Part shown: piece by piece, positions 11,497-22,178 of the stretch
Layout of the letters: each line of letters begins with the position of its first letter
How positions within the stretch are numbered: the stretch's first letter is position 1
Assembly: GCA_008690995.1 (NCBI GenBank)
Contig: VRMN01000011.1
Coordinates: 124,001-188,000 of the forward strand
Reading direction: 5' to 3'
DNA length: 64,000 nucleotides
Origin: Porphyridium purpureum
Taxonomy: Eukaryota
Translations under genes and position numbers: made by a program
The notes under the pieces: model-generated
The model's database searches: none
What the model was told of the DNA's origin: nothing
The model's input: the letters and a program-made list of their open reading frames with translations, nothing else

Positions 11497-11540
11497 CTAC
11501 CGGTTTAATGGATTACCGATTTAATGGATTAACCGAAACA
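11497..11540. promoter_or_regulatory. Tandem 16-bp element in the ABC1K/uL15m divergent promoter
   Basis: TACCGGTTTAATGGAT-TACCGATTTAATGGAT-TAACCGAA. Confidence 0.5.
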
Positions 11541-11596
11541 GCGGGACGGACGGACATGTGTGAGAGAGAGAGTGGGCGAGAAGAGGCCGGGAGAAG

Positions 11597-12760
11597 ATGA
11601 CGGCGGGGAATCTGAGTCAAATGGCGTACAGGAGTGCGTGCGCCAAGGTCAGTCCCCGCGCGGTAGCGGACACGGTGGCGCGTACGTGCGGGACGAGATG
11701 GGGTTGTTCGTCTTTGGCCAGGCTCGGAAGTGAGGGTGGCGCCGAGGGCTCGCTCGTGGATCGCTCGCGCCCGCAAGCGTGCGGATACAGCTCGTCTACC
11801 GTCGCGTACGAGAAGCGGCATGCGACCAGACTGGTCCCAAGGACGCTTTGGAGATGTGTGTCAGGGTTGTATTCTGCATCACGCAGTAGTTCTGCTCTGA
11901 TCCAGTGTCCGCAACCTTTGGTGTCAGTCATTTGCAGTTCAAATACAGGAAGCGATATGGTATCGGCGCTGTCAGGATCGTGGGGACGAACGCCTGCGAC
12001 AGGCTTGATGAGCCGACGATTGTATCACCACGTGGTGGTGCGCGAACCGTTCAATCTTGGAAATTTGAAGCCGAACAAGGGAGCAAAGAAGAGGATTAAG
12101 CGCCTGGCGCGCTCGCGGAGAGGGTTTGGAGGCAGGAAGTGCGGTGTGGGAAACAAGGGGCAGAAAGCCAAGTCTGGAGGCTCAATCCCGCTGTGGTTTG
12201 AGGGAGGTAATACACCACTTTTCAAGCTGTTTCCAAAAGTGGCCCGCATGAAATCACTCAAGGCCCCGTTGAATCGTGTGTCTCTCAAGACAATACAGCT
12301 GTATATTGACAAGGGAAGGCTAGATCCGACCGAGCAGATCACTCTGCGCATACTGTGGCGCTCGGGGGTGCTCAGCATGGCTCCCAAACGAGGAGTCTAC
12401 CTGGTGCCCGAAGGAGCTGAGCACTTAAGACAAGCCATCGATATTCAGGTCCAAGAATCAAGTGAGCGCGCCGCAGACGCCATTTTAAAGCGCGGCGGGA
12501 AACTTCAATTAGTTTATTATGCTCGGATTCCGTTGCGCGCGCACTTGAAGCCGTTCAAGTGGACCAAAAAAGGCCGACCGGTGCCTCGAAACGCGCGTCC
12601 CAAGCCAAGGTACCAGGATTTCTACTGCGAACAGAACGAAAAGGGCGAGTGGTGTCGTAACATCAAGGATCCAGATGATGTTCTGTACCGCAAACCCAAG
12701 ATCGGCCAACTGGCAAACAGTGTTGTCTGGCCGTCGGACTTTGCTTCAGTCAAAGACTGA
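11597..12760 (+). CDS. RPL15: Mitochondrial ribosomal protein uL15m
   Basis: LGNLKPNKGA, GNKGQKAKSG, FEGGNTPL and IDKGRLD; long N-terminal extension, true start uncertain. Confidence 0.9.
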   Translation: MTAGNLSQMAYRSACAKVSPRAVADTVARTCGTRWGCSSLARLGSEGGAEGSLVDRSRPQACGYSSSTVAYEKRHATRLVPRTLWRCVSGLYSASRSSSALIQCPQPLVSVICSSNTGSDMVSALSGSWGRTPATGLMSRRLYHHVVVREPFNLGNLKPNKGAKKRIKRLARSRRGFGGRKCGVGNKGQKAKSGGSIPLWFEGGNTPLFKLFPKVARMKSLKAPLNRVSLKTIQLYIDKGRLDPTEQITLRILWRSGVLSMAPKRGVYLVPEGAEHLRQAIDIQVQESSERAADAILKRGGKLQLVYYARIPLRAHLKPFKWTKKGRPVPRNARPKPRYQDFYCEQNEKGEWCRNIKDPDDVLYRKPKIGQLANSVVWPSDFASVKD

Positions 12761-13105
12761 CGTTTCGTGATTCGAACCCAGAGAAAAAAAGAAAAGAAAA
12801 AGAAGAGCAGATTCACTGACTACCGCATGTGCAACGACATGTACATGAGCACTATAAATGACTCTCTCCAAACGACCAGTACCTCGAGCCCATCCCATCG
12901 CCCCCCATGAGCCTGCTCGGCCTCGCGCCAAATCACGTCCCACATTTCCCGCTGCCATCCGGAACCCTACGGTACCCTAGCTGTCACTGCCTGAGAGCTG
13001 CGGCAGACGTGCGCAGGCAATGAGGCCAGAAGATAGTCGGCTAACGTTCATGGCGTCCGTGGCGACCGTTGGCCGTTTCGACATCAGGACACAGCGCGGC
13101 GCGCA

Positions 13106-15586
13106 ATGGACCGACGCGCGGTACCAGACACAGCGCCGCTTCTGGAACGGCTGGACCGGATTTGCGAACTTGCGGAAGCGCTGAAATTGCGTGCGCGCGC
13201 CTGTGCGGATGAAGGTTTCGACCGAAGCGTCGAGGCTGAGGTGGAAGCATGTGAACTGGCGCTCGCTCGGTTAGCAGAACGTTTGCAGCATGCTTCCGTA
13301 CGCTCAGAAAGCGGGCAAAATGTCGAAAGGTGCGACCGAGGCCATGACCAAACGATAGGTTCGCAGCAGCTGCAGTCATTGGGGGCTGGTCTGCATGCGA
13401 CCGAAAGGTCACTTTCGTGCCCACCCTGGGCAGAGCAGGCCACTGATTCATGTTTGGGGTCCAATGAGGATCCGCACGAGCTTCTTGGCTGCAAGCCTAA
13501 CCAATTGCATCTTTCGTTTGGTACCGAAATTATGACCCTCTTGAACGAAGACCTGACGCCGAGGACGATGCAGCATGCGTCCTTCGGTGCGGGACAATTT
13601 GATATCTCCTTGCTTGCAAAAGAATTTGAGCAGACTGCCGCGTCTGGTTCTGCTTTCGCGTCGGCTCCCGCGCCTGCTCCTGGCGGGGAAGACGTACAGG
13701 TCAATAGTGTGCGTGAGCGGAAAGACAAGCACCAACAAGAGGATCCGCACCACGTGACGCCGTCGGTCAAAACAGTGGCGGGACATTTGTATAAAGCAGG
13801 TCACGTATCTGAACGATGGACGCGCGACCGCTTCATTGCGCGCGGTGGGTTTGCATGTGTGTACGTCGCGGTAGCGAATGAGAAAAATCCGATGTTAACA
13901 CCCGGTCAAGTTGCGGCCATGAAGGTTTTTGAGAAAGACGCTCGTTTGGATGGCGAGATTTTGCTTCGCGAAATTATGTCATGTCGTGTCCTTTCTGCGT
14001 CCGGGAACCACCCCAATATCTGCACCGTGTACGAGGTGTCTGAGGACGAAACGTCTGTTTACTTGGTCATGGAGTATCTGTGTGGAGGCGAGTTGTTCGA
14101 CCGCATCGTTCAATTTCCGGACAAGTATACGGAGCGAGTGTGTGCTCACGCAGTGCGTCAAATGGTCGACGCGGTGCTCTTTTGTCACAGCCGGAATATC
14201 GTTCACCGCGACTTGAAACCCGAGAATTTTGTGTTTGCCAGCGAAGCGGACGACGATGCCTTGAAGCTGATTGATTTTGGAATTTCCCACTTTTCCGAAT
14301 TTCCTGATGAGCCGTTGACTGACATTGTGGGTACACCGTTTTACCTTGCGCCAGAGGTGCTGTTCAAGTGCCCATACACGTCCAAAGTGGATTGCTGGGC
14401 GCTCGGTGTAATTACCTTTACGATGCTCTCAGGTCGATTGCCGTTCGATTATGACCCGGACGCGGCGCCCACCAGGGTTGTGCCAGATCATGTATGGATC
14501 CCAAAGCTATTCAACCTCATCAAGTACAGCGCAGTCGAAATGAACGATCCCTCGTGGGTTTTGATTTCGGATGCAGGCAAGGACTTTGTAAGTGGTCTGT
14601 TGGAAAAGGATCCCCTGAAACGTATGAGCACGGCGCAAGCGAAGCGGCATCCCTGGCTTCAGATTGGCATTGACGCGGCGTCTCAGCAGAATCAATTAAG
14701 CGACCATCGGTACGACTTGAGCGTCGCGCAGTCTCATATTCGCTCCTTTGTTGCTCGGACGCGCTGGCGCGCACTTTTCCAGGCAGTTCAGGCCGGAAAC
14801 AGACTGAAATCGCTCTCTCATTCAACATCTCTGAAAGCGGAATTCAAGGATTCACGAAGAGGACAGTCTGAGGATTTCATTTCCACGGGATCGACGTTAC
14901 TCGCAGGAGAGACTGAACCGTTGCGTAAATCAAGTCCAATTGTCGCAAAAGGGCAGGTTCACTGGCCTTCCAGCACCAGTGCAGCTCAAGAAGAAAGACG
15001 TATGACCGACACGACGAAGAACAAGAGCAGAATTCCAGCCGATGTACAAGATCGCTCGGAGCCGAGCAAGAGCGAACATCTCGACCAAGGGGAACAAAGA
15101 AAGACTGATTCAAAGAGCACTGACGACCGACCGCCACTGGCTTCGAAGGATCTCTATGAAGCAGCCAAGAGTGAGGGTTCCAAGCCGCGCATTCCAGCGC
15201 CGGTCCTTACCACGAGCAGTGACGATGAAGCTAGCGGAACCCAACCGCCACGCCACATGAAACGGCTGCAAAAGTTCTTGAAAAGTTTTCTGTCTCCGAC
15301 TGCCGGTTCCGCAGCGAACTCGCCAATCCAGCGTTCGCGCGAAGCGTCTGATGTGGTGCAGGAGAACGGACAAGATTTTAGCACCGAACATCGCGCGCGC
15401 TCTGTCAGTACTATTTTCGGAGGAGCTCCCGGCACATCACGAGAGCCTAGCCACCGCGTAAGCGCAAGAGACTCCAAGGATTCTGAACTTCGGTCCTTTT
15501 CGTCTGTGGAAGAAGCCATGCGAGGCTCATTTCACAATTCTATTCATTCGCTCAAAGAGCGTGTGCAGGGAAGGACAAAGAAATGA
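13106..15586 (+). CDS. Ca2+/calmodulin-dependent-like Ser/Thr kinase
   Basis: AMK, HPNI, GGELFDRI, HRDLKPEN, DFG and APE motifs; basic amphipathic helix RTRWRALFQAV after the kinase domain; disordered termini. Confidence 0.93.
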   Translation: MDRRAVPDTAPLLERLDRICELAEALKLRARACADEGFDRSVEAEVEACELALARLAERLQHASVRSESGQNVERCDRGHDQTIGSQQLQSLGAGLHATERSLSCPPWAEQATDSCLGSNEDPHELLGCKPNQLHLSFGTEIMTLLNEDLTPRTMQHASFGAGQFDISLLAKEFEQTAASGSAFASAPAPAPGGEDVQVNSVRERKDKHQQEDPHHVTPSVKTVAGHLYKAGHVSERWTRDRFIARGGFACVYVAVANEKNPMLTPGQVAAMKVFEKDARLDGEILLREIMSCRVLSASGNHPNICTVYEVSEDETSVYLVMEYLCGGELFDRIVQFPDKYTERVCAHAVRQMVDAVLFCHSRNIVHRDLKPENFVFASEADDDALKLIDFGISHFSEFPDEPLTDIVGTPFYLAPEVLFKCPYTSKVDCWALGVITFTMLSGRLPFDYDPDAAPTRVVPDHVWIPKLFNLIKYSAVEMNDPSWVLISDAGKDFVSGLLEKDPLKRMSTAQAKRHPWLQIGIDAASQQNQLSDHRYDLSVAQSHIRSFVARTRWRALFQAVQAGNRLKSLSHSTSLKAEFKDSRRGQSEDFISTGSTLLAGETEPLRKSSPIVAKGQVHWPSSTSAAQEERRMTDTTKNKSRIPADVQDRSEPSKSEHLDQGEQRKTDSKSTDDRPPLASKDLYEAAKSEGSKPRIPAPVLTTSSDDEASGTQPPRHMKRLQKFLKSFLSPTAGSAANSPIQRSREASDVVQENGQDFSTEHRARSVSTIFGGAPGTSREPSHRVSARDSKDSELRSFSSVEEAMRGSFHNSIHSLKERVQGRTKK

Positions 15587-15639
15587 GCTGGCCGGTGAAT
15601 TACAATGATTGCCTTTCTTAGACACAAGGCGACTGTGAA

Positions 15640-16902
15640 TCAGCTTGAGTGCGAGTCCCCCAAGGACAGGAGTTCAGGAAAGGCGATAAGATCCAACTGC
15701 TCATCTGGGGCAAACACGTTTGCAGGCACGCCCATCGCGGTCGCTTTCGCGGGTACATCGTTGAGCACAAGCGAACACGATGAGATTTTTGCCCCGGTGC
15801 CAACCCGCACGTCGCCCAAAATGGTCGCGCCCGCTGCGATGAGAACCCCATCTTCTATGGTGGGATGGCGTTTCGCGGCGCTACGCCCTACGCCTCCGAG
15901 CGTGACGTGCTGAAGTAGAGACACGCCGTTCCCAACCACTGCGGTTTCGCCAATCACCACGCATGTTGCGTGGTCAATGAAGACGTACGAGCCGACCTTG
16001 GCCGCTGGATGGATATCAACTTGAAAATAATTTGCGATTTGCAGATTCAACATGAGCGCGGCTGGGATAAAGCCTGCATTCCATAAATGGTGTGACACGC
16101 GGTACGCCTGCAATGCGTGGAATCCCTTAGAATGCAGCAGCACGCTCAAAAATCCTTCGCATGCCGGATTTTGCAGAACTTCGGCAAGCAAGTCCTCGCG
16201 CACTTGGCAGGCGATCTGCGGGTCATCCAGGATTACTTCTAAGCTCATCATGTGCAAGTCAACACTAGACAGCAACTCACTGGCAAGCTGGTTGGCAAGA
16301 ATGTAACTGATTGCCGAGCCAATGCTTTTTTGATTCACAACAGCAGAGAAAATCTGCGATGAAAGAAGCGGCTCCATTTGGATGTAGTGAAATGCCTCGT
16401 TCCGCAGCGCGTCCCATACCACATCGCGGTTCGACGTGTCCTTACGGCACGCGACCAGACATTTCCTAAAGCACGAGCCTCTACTCCGCACGTTGCGGAT
16501 ATACCCTGCCGTACCGGGTGTGCCAAAGTCAGCCATCCGCATCGACCTCCACGTCTGCTCCTCGTCGTGAAAGGCTTTCGCACGTTCCGGGCAGAGATAT
16601 TCAAGGAAGGCGTGCGGACACTTATCGTCCTGATCTTCTTTCCCGCGCACCGAATTCGCTCCTGACTCGTGCGTATCCGAAGCCGTCGAGAACAGTTCCG
16701 ATGATGGTGGTGTTGATGACGACGAGGATGTGGCGCACGTTACCGTGCCCTTGACGACATGCCCTTTCGCAGTTGCGCGCACGCGGGCCGCAACTCTCTG
16801 TCCGAAACCCCACCGTTCCTCAGACAAGCAGCGGTGTCTAGAGGGCTGCATGCGTCGTGTGGACACCGAAGCGACGACGAAAAGAACGCCCGTCGCAGCC
16901 AT
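15640..16902 (-). CDS. cysE: Serine O-acetyltransferase, organelle-targeted
   Basis: SATase_N helical domain (EPLLSS), KGFHALQAYR, VDIHPAA, IDHAT.VVIGETAVVG, RHPTI, hexapeptide repeats. Confidence 0.93.
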   Translation of the reverse strand: MAATGVLFVVASVSTRRMQPSRHRCLSEERWGFGQRVAARVRATAKGHVVKGTVTCATSSSSSTPPSSELFSTASDTHESGANSVRGKEDQDDKCPHAFLEYLCPERAKAFHDEEQTWRSMRMADFGTPGTAGYIRNVRSRGSCFRKCLVACRKDTSNRDVVWDALRNEAFHYIQMEPLLSSQIFSAVVNQKSIGSAISYILANQLASELLSSVDLHMMSLEVILDDPQIACQVREDLLAEVLQNPACEGFLSVLLHSKGFHALQAYRVSHHLWNAGFIPAALMLNLQIANYFQVDIHPAAKVGSYVFIDHATCVVIGETAVVGNGVSLLQHVTLGGVGRSAAKRHPTIEDGVLIAAGATILGDVRVGTGAKISSCSLVLNDVPAKATAMGVPANVFAPDEQLDLIAFPELLSLGDSHSS

Positions 16903-17196
16903 CGCGGACTTTAGTTCCGACCCTTCCTTTCTCAGCTTTCACCCTAACCACTCATGGACAATCAAGATAGGTCAGACTTTTCCGCGTGTGGGTTTCCTGG
17001 CTGGGATTTACTTCGCGATGAATTATATTTAATCGGCGCACGCGCACGAGTGTCATTCGAATGGTATTGTGATACGCGCGCCCAACAAAGCCCGTAGCCC
17101 TGCTCTGCAATTCGTTGCAAATGCAGGCGTGATGAAGTGTAACGCAAACCAAGAACTCGTATCACGACTGGAGACACAACTTGCCCGGCTCCATTC

Positions 17197-18848
17197 TCAA
17201 TTGCAACGCAGACCGTGTTCGGGATGGTAGAGTACTGATTGATCTATGTGGGCAACGGAGAGACGATCAGCAAAGAGTATAGGAGGTCCTCTGATGTCTA
17301 CAGCCTTCGGCACCGCATCAAGACCCTGCTCCATTCGTTCGAGAAGTTCCAGCTGCTTCTCCAGCTCAAATAGCTTAAAAGCGTCATCAATACTGTTTGC
17401 TTTGAGCAGCTTTGCACGTGGCGATTTACATCGGAGCCCAGCCGAAAGAAGAGCTCGAAAAGCTCGAAAAACTCGAACAACGGCCACGCGAGGAGGTCAA
17501 TTCTGAGGCTGCCGACGGCGGTCCAAAATCCCACGTGGGCGACTGCAGAGGGACAAATGATTAATTGGCGTGTCCTTGATTTCACCTGGTCTATCTACGC
17601 TTCCGCCATGATGGATAAGTAGGAGCGCAATGCGGAGGCTTCTCCAGTCTCTTCGACCGCTCGCTTCGGCAATACCCATTCTTTGCAAGCTCATGTAGGA
17701 CTGTTGTTCCGCCGTTCACTGCAATATCAACACGTGCCTCGCGTCCAAGCAAATAGTTTAATGTATGTGTCATTCATGTGTATTGACACGTAAAAAAGTG
17801 ATGCGAAGCCATCGACGTCGGCAGCATCGAAGCGCGCGCCATTGTCTTTCAGAAGGTGAAGAAGCGAATCATTTATTCTGTGAAGAGCACGAAGCGAAGG
17901 AGTCTGTACACGTGGTTCTGCCACAGTCACCTGCGCGACAAAATAAATCAGCACGCGGGCACTTGCGTCTTGTCCTCTCTTTGCGGCTAGTATTCAAGCG
18001 GTTCCTCTTTCGAAATCGGCCACCTCCGACCCTTACGCCAAACTCATACAGCACACGTCTGCATGCTGTGTGCCCAATTTCCGGCGGCAAGCGTTCATGC
18101 AGTCCTCGCATGCTGATTCGTGTTCATGTTCACACCGTGCGCATGGAGCACGCCAAAACAAGCAACAACTTCTCGTTCTGCAGCATGCGTGACAGCAGTC
18201 CCTCCATCGCTGCCTACATCCACCTGAGCACCGTGTTCAATCAAAACATGACGACAAGCTAGTTGCTCGTCCGTTGTGGCGAATAACCAAGCAATCCATC
18301 CATCGCGGCATACAGCATTCACGTGAGCGCCATGGTCCAACAGCTCGTGGAGAGACGTTTCAAGTCCATGCCAAGCATTTATCATCTATGCCGTCCGTAC
18401 TGTGTTGTACGCGACATTCACGTCGGCTGCGCATTCAGACAAGACGCGAGGCCATGCCTCATGATTGTTCTCAGCAGCTTGTCCGGGCATCGATCGGTCC
18501 GAAATATCTCGCTCACCAAGCTTTGCGTTATGGCGAATACAGGCGCGAACACAGGCAGTAGTTTTGCTCTCCGCCATAAGCACGGTCGGCGTGCGGCCAT
18601 ACCTTTCGCGCTCGTCCACACGAGCGCCGTATCCAAACATCCGCTCCACTTTCGTTGCATTTCCTCCTTCTGCTCCTTTCCAAAGCATCCATTAAGTTCC
18701 GTGCACCGCGCAGGGCTGGCGCACACGCCGCTCTCATCATGCGCTGGAAGCCATCTTCAGTCGCCACCAATCTTTCCCATCGATGACCGAGTTCCAGGTC
18801 AGCTCGTGTCAACGGTACGTCGTCACCGCCATTCTCCTTTGTTTGCAT
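17197..18848 (-). pseudogene. Degenerate multi-ankyrin-repeat gene
   Basis: Consecutive minus-strand ORF fragments with ankyrin motifs (LLDHGAHVNAVCRDG, LIEHGAQVD, LLKDNGARFDAADVDG, LLIHHGGSVD) broken by in-frame stops (18386-18388, 18095-18097) and frameshifts. Confidence 0.8.
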
Positions 18849-19439
18849 TCAACTGACACAAACCACCAGTCCATTGCAGCCGCCATTTTTTCGACAAACT
18901 CTCCCTGTTGGTTTTCACGGAGGCATTGCAGTGACCCGGACAATAGCACCGTGCCCCTTTCGTTCAGGATTGTATGTGACATGTTCACATACTGACTGCG
19001 CTGGACATGCAGGACACATCATGTGCATGAGCGGGCGTCTCAAAATCGCACTTGTGACGTTCTCAGAACAACGCCCGTGATTCTCGACAATGAGCGGCTG
19101 ACGCTGGGCCGTAGCTTTACGTGAAGGAAAACAATAAACGAAGCGCAACTAAAGAAATACCGACAACCCGTTTCGTAATTTGGGAGAGAAATTGTGGGGA
19201 AAATGGGTTGGTTTGACACAGAAAAAACAGTGATTTGCATTTCTTGCAGAATGCCTTGTCTTTTCCCCTTGGATATTTGAATGCAGGGCGTGAAGGGAAC
19301 ATGTGCGGGTCCTTCTTGCTGAGAAGAAGGGATAGCAAACGAGTCGCAGATGGAAGGTTTGAAACGTCTCTTCACAGAGTGAAGACTGGATTTCGAGCTT
19401 CAAGGAGACTGTCACCGGTTCGACATCGGCGCTGCAGAG

Positions 19440-20228
19440 ATGGATGTGGACACCCTCGAAAGTGAGCTCACATGCGGGATTTGCCTGGATCAGTTGAGCG
19501 ACCCGCGCTTTCTTCCGTGTCTGCATTCATTCTGCTATGAGTGTGTATGCGCACTGGCATCTAGTTCGGGTCCAAAAGTGGTTTGCCCAGAGTGCCGCAA
19601 CGAAAGCGATTTGCCGATATCTGGAGTCCAATCGCTACCCGTTGATCGCCGCGCACAGCGCCTTGTGGATGAACTATCACGAAGCACGTCCAGTACAGCA
19701 AGGTCAGCAAGCAGTAGTGCTTCACAAAGCGAGGCTGAAGACTCTTCGCCGACGGCAGAAAATGGCGGGTTTCAGGGGTACACATTGGGGGAAGAAGAAA
19801 AGGTAATGTACACAGTGTTGAGCTGTCAGGCAGAATGCGGGAGTCCAGACGCGCTGTACAAGATCGGTATGATTAAGCTCCTGCTGCTGCTACAAGACAA
19901 CCAAGAACAACGTGCTGACGCCGAGGAAGCGGCTCGCTGGCTGCATGGTGCCGCTGTGCAGCAGCACGCCCGCGCAATGCTCGAGTTGAGCGAGTGCTAC
20001 AAGCACGGTATCGGTGTGCCTCAGAATGAAAGTGAAGCTCGATACTGGCGTGACGCAAGCTTGTCAGTGAGTGGGGAGAGCTTGACACCCAATGATTCCG
20101 AACGTGTTGATATGCTTCAGATCGAGTCCAGCACAATCACAAAGTGGGTGCTATTTGTGGCGATGATCTCTGCAGCCTACATGGTCTTGAGAGTCGTGTA
20201 CAGGCTCACCAAGCTCTTGATTTATTGA
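19440..20228 (+). CDS. C3HC4 RING E3 ligase with Sel1-like repeats and C-terminal TM anchor
   Basis: CGIC..PCLHSFCYEC..CPECR; AARWLHGAAVQQHARAMLELSECYKHGIGVPQNESEARYW (SLR); hydrophobic tail WVLFVAMISAAYMVL. Confidence 0.85.
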   Translation: MDVDTLESELTCGICLDQLSDPRFLPCLHSFCYECVCALASSSGPKVVCPECRNESDLPISGVQSLPVDRRAQRLVDELSRSTSSTARSASSSASQSEAEDSSPTAENGGFQGYTLGEEEKVMYTVLSCQAECGSPDALYKIGMIKLLLLLQDNQEQRADAEEAARWLHGAAVQQHARAMLELSECYKHGIGVPQNESEARYWRDASLSVSGESLTPNDSERVDMLQIESSTITKWVLFVAMISAAYMVLRVVYRLTKLLIY

Positions 20229-21732
20229 TGATTTGGCGTTCGTGTTTGATCTGTCAAAGTCGCTTGAAGGGTTCTGTGCCTTTTCCACACCGTCTCTCTC
20301 CTCAACACCGGCCAGACGGGCTTGCGAATAAATCCGTGCAACGTAGACTCTCAAAGCTCACAGCGCACGTGTTCGTTTCTCAAGTATTTCGGGTAATATA
20401 TGCACTTGAGAGCATACCATCGGAAGCTTGCGGCCAGGTACCAACGCAGTGAAGCACGAAAGAAACGAGGTTTCGCCTGTGACCTCCACGTATTCCTTTC
20501 TTACTCATGTGCCAAAATCGATCTATTCCCCGGGCCATATTCTCAGTGCAAGTATGTAAGTCTGCTATTCAAACGACTGCAAACCCTTGGTTGAGTGGGA
20601 TCCGACGACGCCGTCCGGTTCGCTTCTTGATCAACGCTATCATTGTGACAAACTTGGAGCCACGACGTAGAGCTATCAACAGCCACCAAAAAGCCATATC
20701 CCACAGGAGTGGCTTATCGTACGCGATCATCACAGCAGGCATGGAGAAAGCGGCGTCTGTACGCCAACTTTTTCCGACTGGCAGTTGATCAATCATCATT
20801 TCGTTCGTGCGCTGTGGTCCATAGTCCTCCCTGTAACACCTCCCACATTCACTGACCAGTAGCGTAGACGTTTACACGAAAGCTCGTTTCGTCTGATGCA
20901 TGTGACCGCTGTAATGAGAACATGTCGTACCTGTCTCCCCAAAGGTGTCCGTTGCGACGCGCGCCGCTGGCACAGACGTGAAGGCGTCCTTGATGTCAAC
21001 GATTGCATTCGATTATTTCGGTCCAGACTGTCCGACGATTGATCAAGGTTAAAAAGGGAATCAACCTCACCTCATCATTCGGATAGACTTCGGCTATCTG
21101 CGTGCAGTGCCGCCTATGTTTCCCTTCCTCGTACCTTCTGCTTGTTCCCCATTTGCGATTTGCCTCGCCACCTGATTGCTAGTGCCTTGCTTTTGCTCGC
21201 ATCTTTCTTGTCGACGTGGCGGAAGGATATCCACCCACCTTCGTCAGATCGCCCGTCCTAGCTTAGAGGTCACACGCCCATGGATGGTTCGGCTATCCTT
21301 CCTCAGATGGACGCGGTTTACGCCGGTCAGAAAAGGCGGGGGTCCGGATCCAACCACCACTGCACGTACAATTCATCGTGGCACGCGGTCAGGCCTGCGA
21401 TTCCGTGGCCACCACTTCAAGCTGCACGCACCGCTTCAAAGCTTCAGACCTCGTTCAACAGACTTCATGCGCGAATCCGGTCTCCGAATTGATTCGGCGC
21501 AAGGCGTGCAGGAAGTGTCAACAAGTTTGAACGAGCGAGAGCGTGAAAGAGGGAGAAGAGTGCGCACAGGCTTTCGTGAAGCCTGAACGTTGATTCATCG
21601 AGATACGAGCGTGTTCGTATGATCCCACCAAGGTTTGCTCGGCTTCTTATCCACAAGGATCGTTATTGACGAAACATTCTGCGGGACTTGAGTGAGCGTG
21701 TCTTGGCAGCAGAGAATCACCCAGTCATCATC

Positions 21733-21915
21733 ATGGCAAGCATCAAGGATAAGATTTCAAAGGAGGACATCGTGAACGCGCTCGTTGAGTTCAAGGACGT
21801 CTTTCTATTCCCGCTGATCTCCGGTCTGTTATTTGGCTTGGGCACTGTGGCCGGCAAGCGAATTGGCGAGAAGTGGTTTGCGCCAGCGGCGTCCAGGAAG
21901 CAGTTGGAAGTGTAG
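21733..21915 (+). CDS. 60-aa single-pass membrane microprotein (Mim1-like TM motif)
   Basis: Good start context (atcATGG), host-like codon usage, one Gly-rich TM FLFPLISGLLFGLGTVAG. Confidence 0.65.
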   Translation: MASIKDKISKEDIVNALVEFKDVFLFPLISGLLFGLGTVAGKRIGEKWFAPAASRKQLEV

Positions 21916-22178
21916 CGAGCTCGCGAGCTCACGTGCCGGACTTGCAGACATATTCCAAGTGAAGAAACTCTACGCGCAATTTAGGCATAGATGACCTCCT
22001 TGAGTGGCGAACGGACGAAACAAATTTTTCGGCATGGCGTAGAATAAAGGGTCGACGTGCGGCAACAGCGACTCGAGTCGTGTCGTCCGGCAAAATGATC
22101 AAAACCGTGCGGAGCAAGACACCCGCTGAGGCCCGTAGAAGTCGCACGCTCTTCTTTACGTTGTGCACTTGTTCGCGG

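Noticed and set aside
20229..21730. Possible upstream exons or ncRNA before the 60-aa gene
   Set aside because: No convincing splice-site pair, ORF or structured RNA signature
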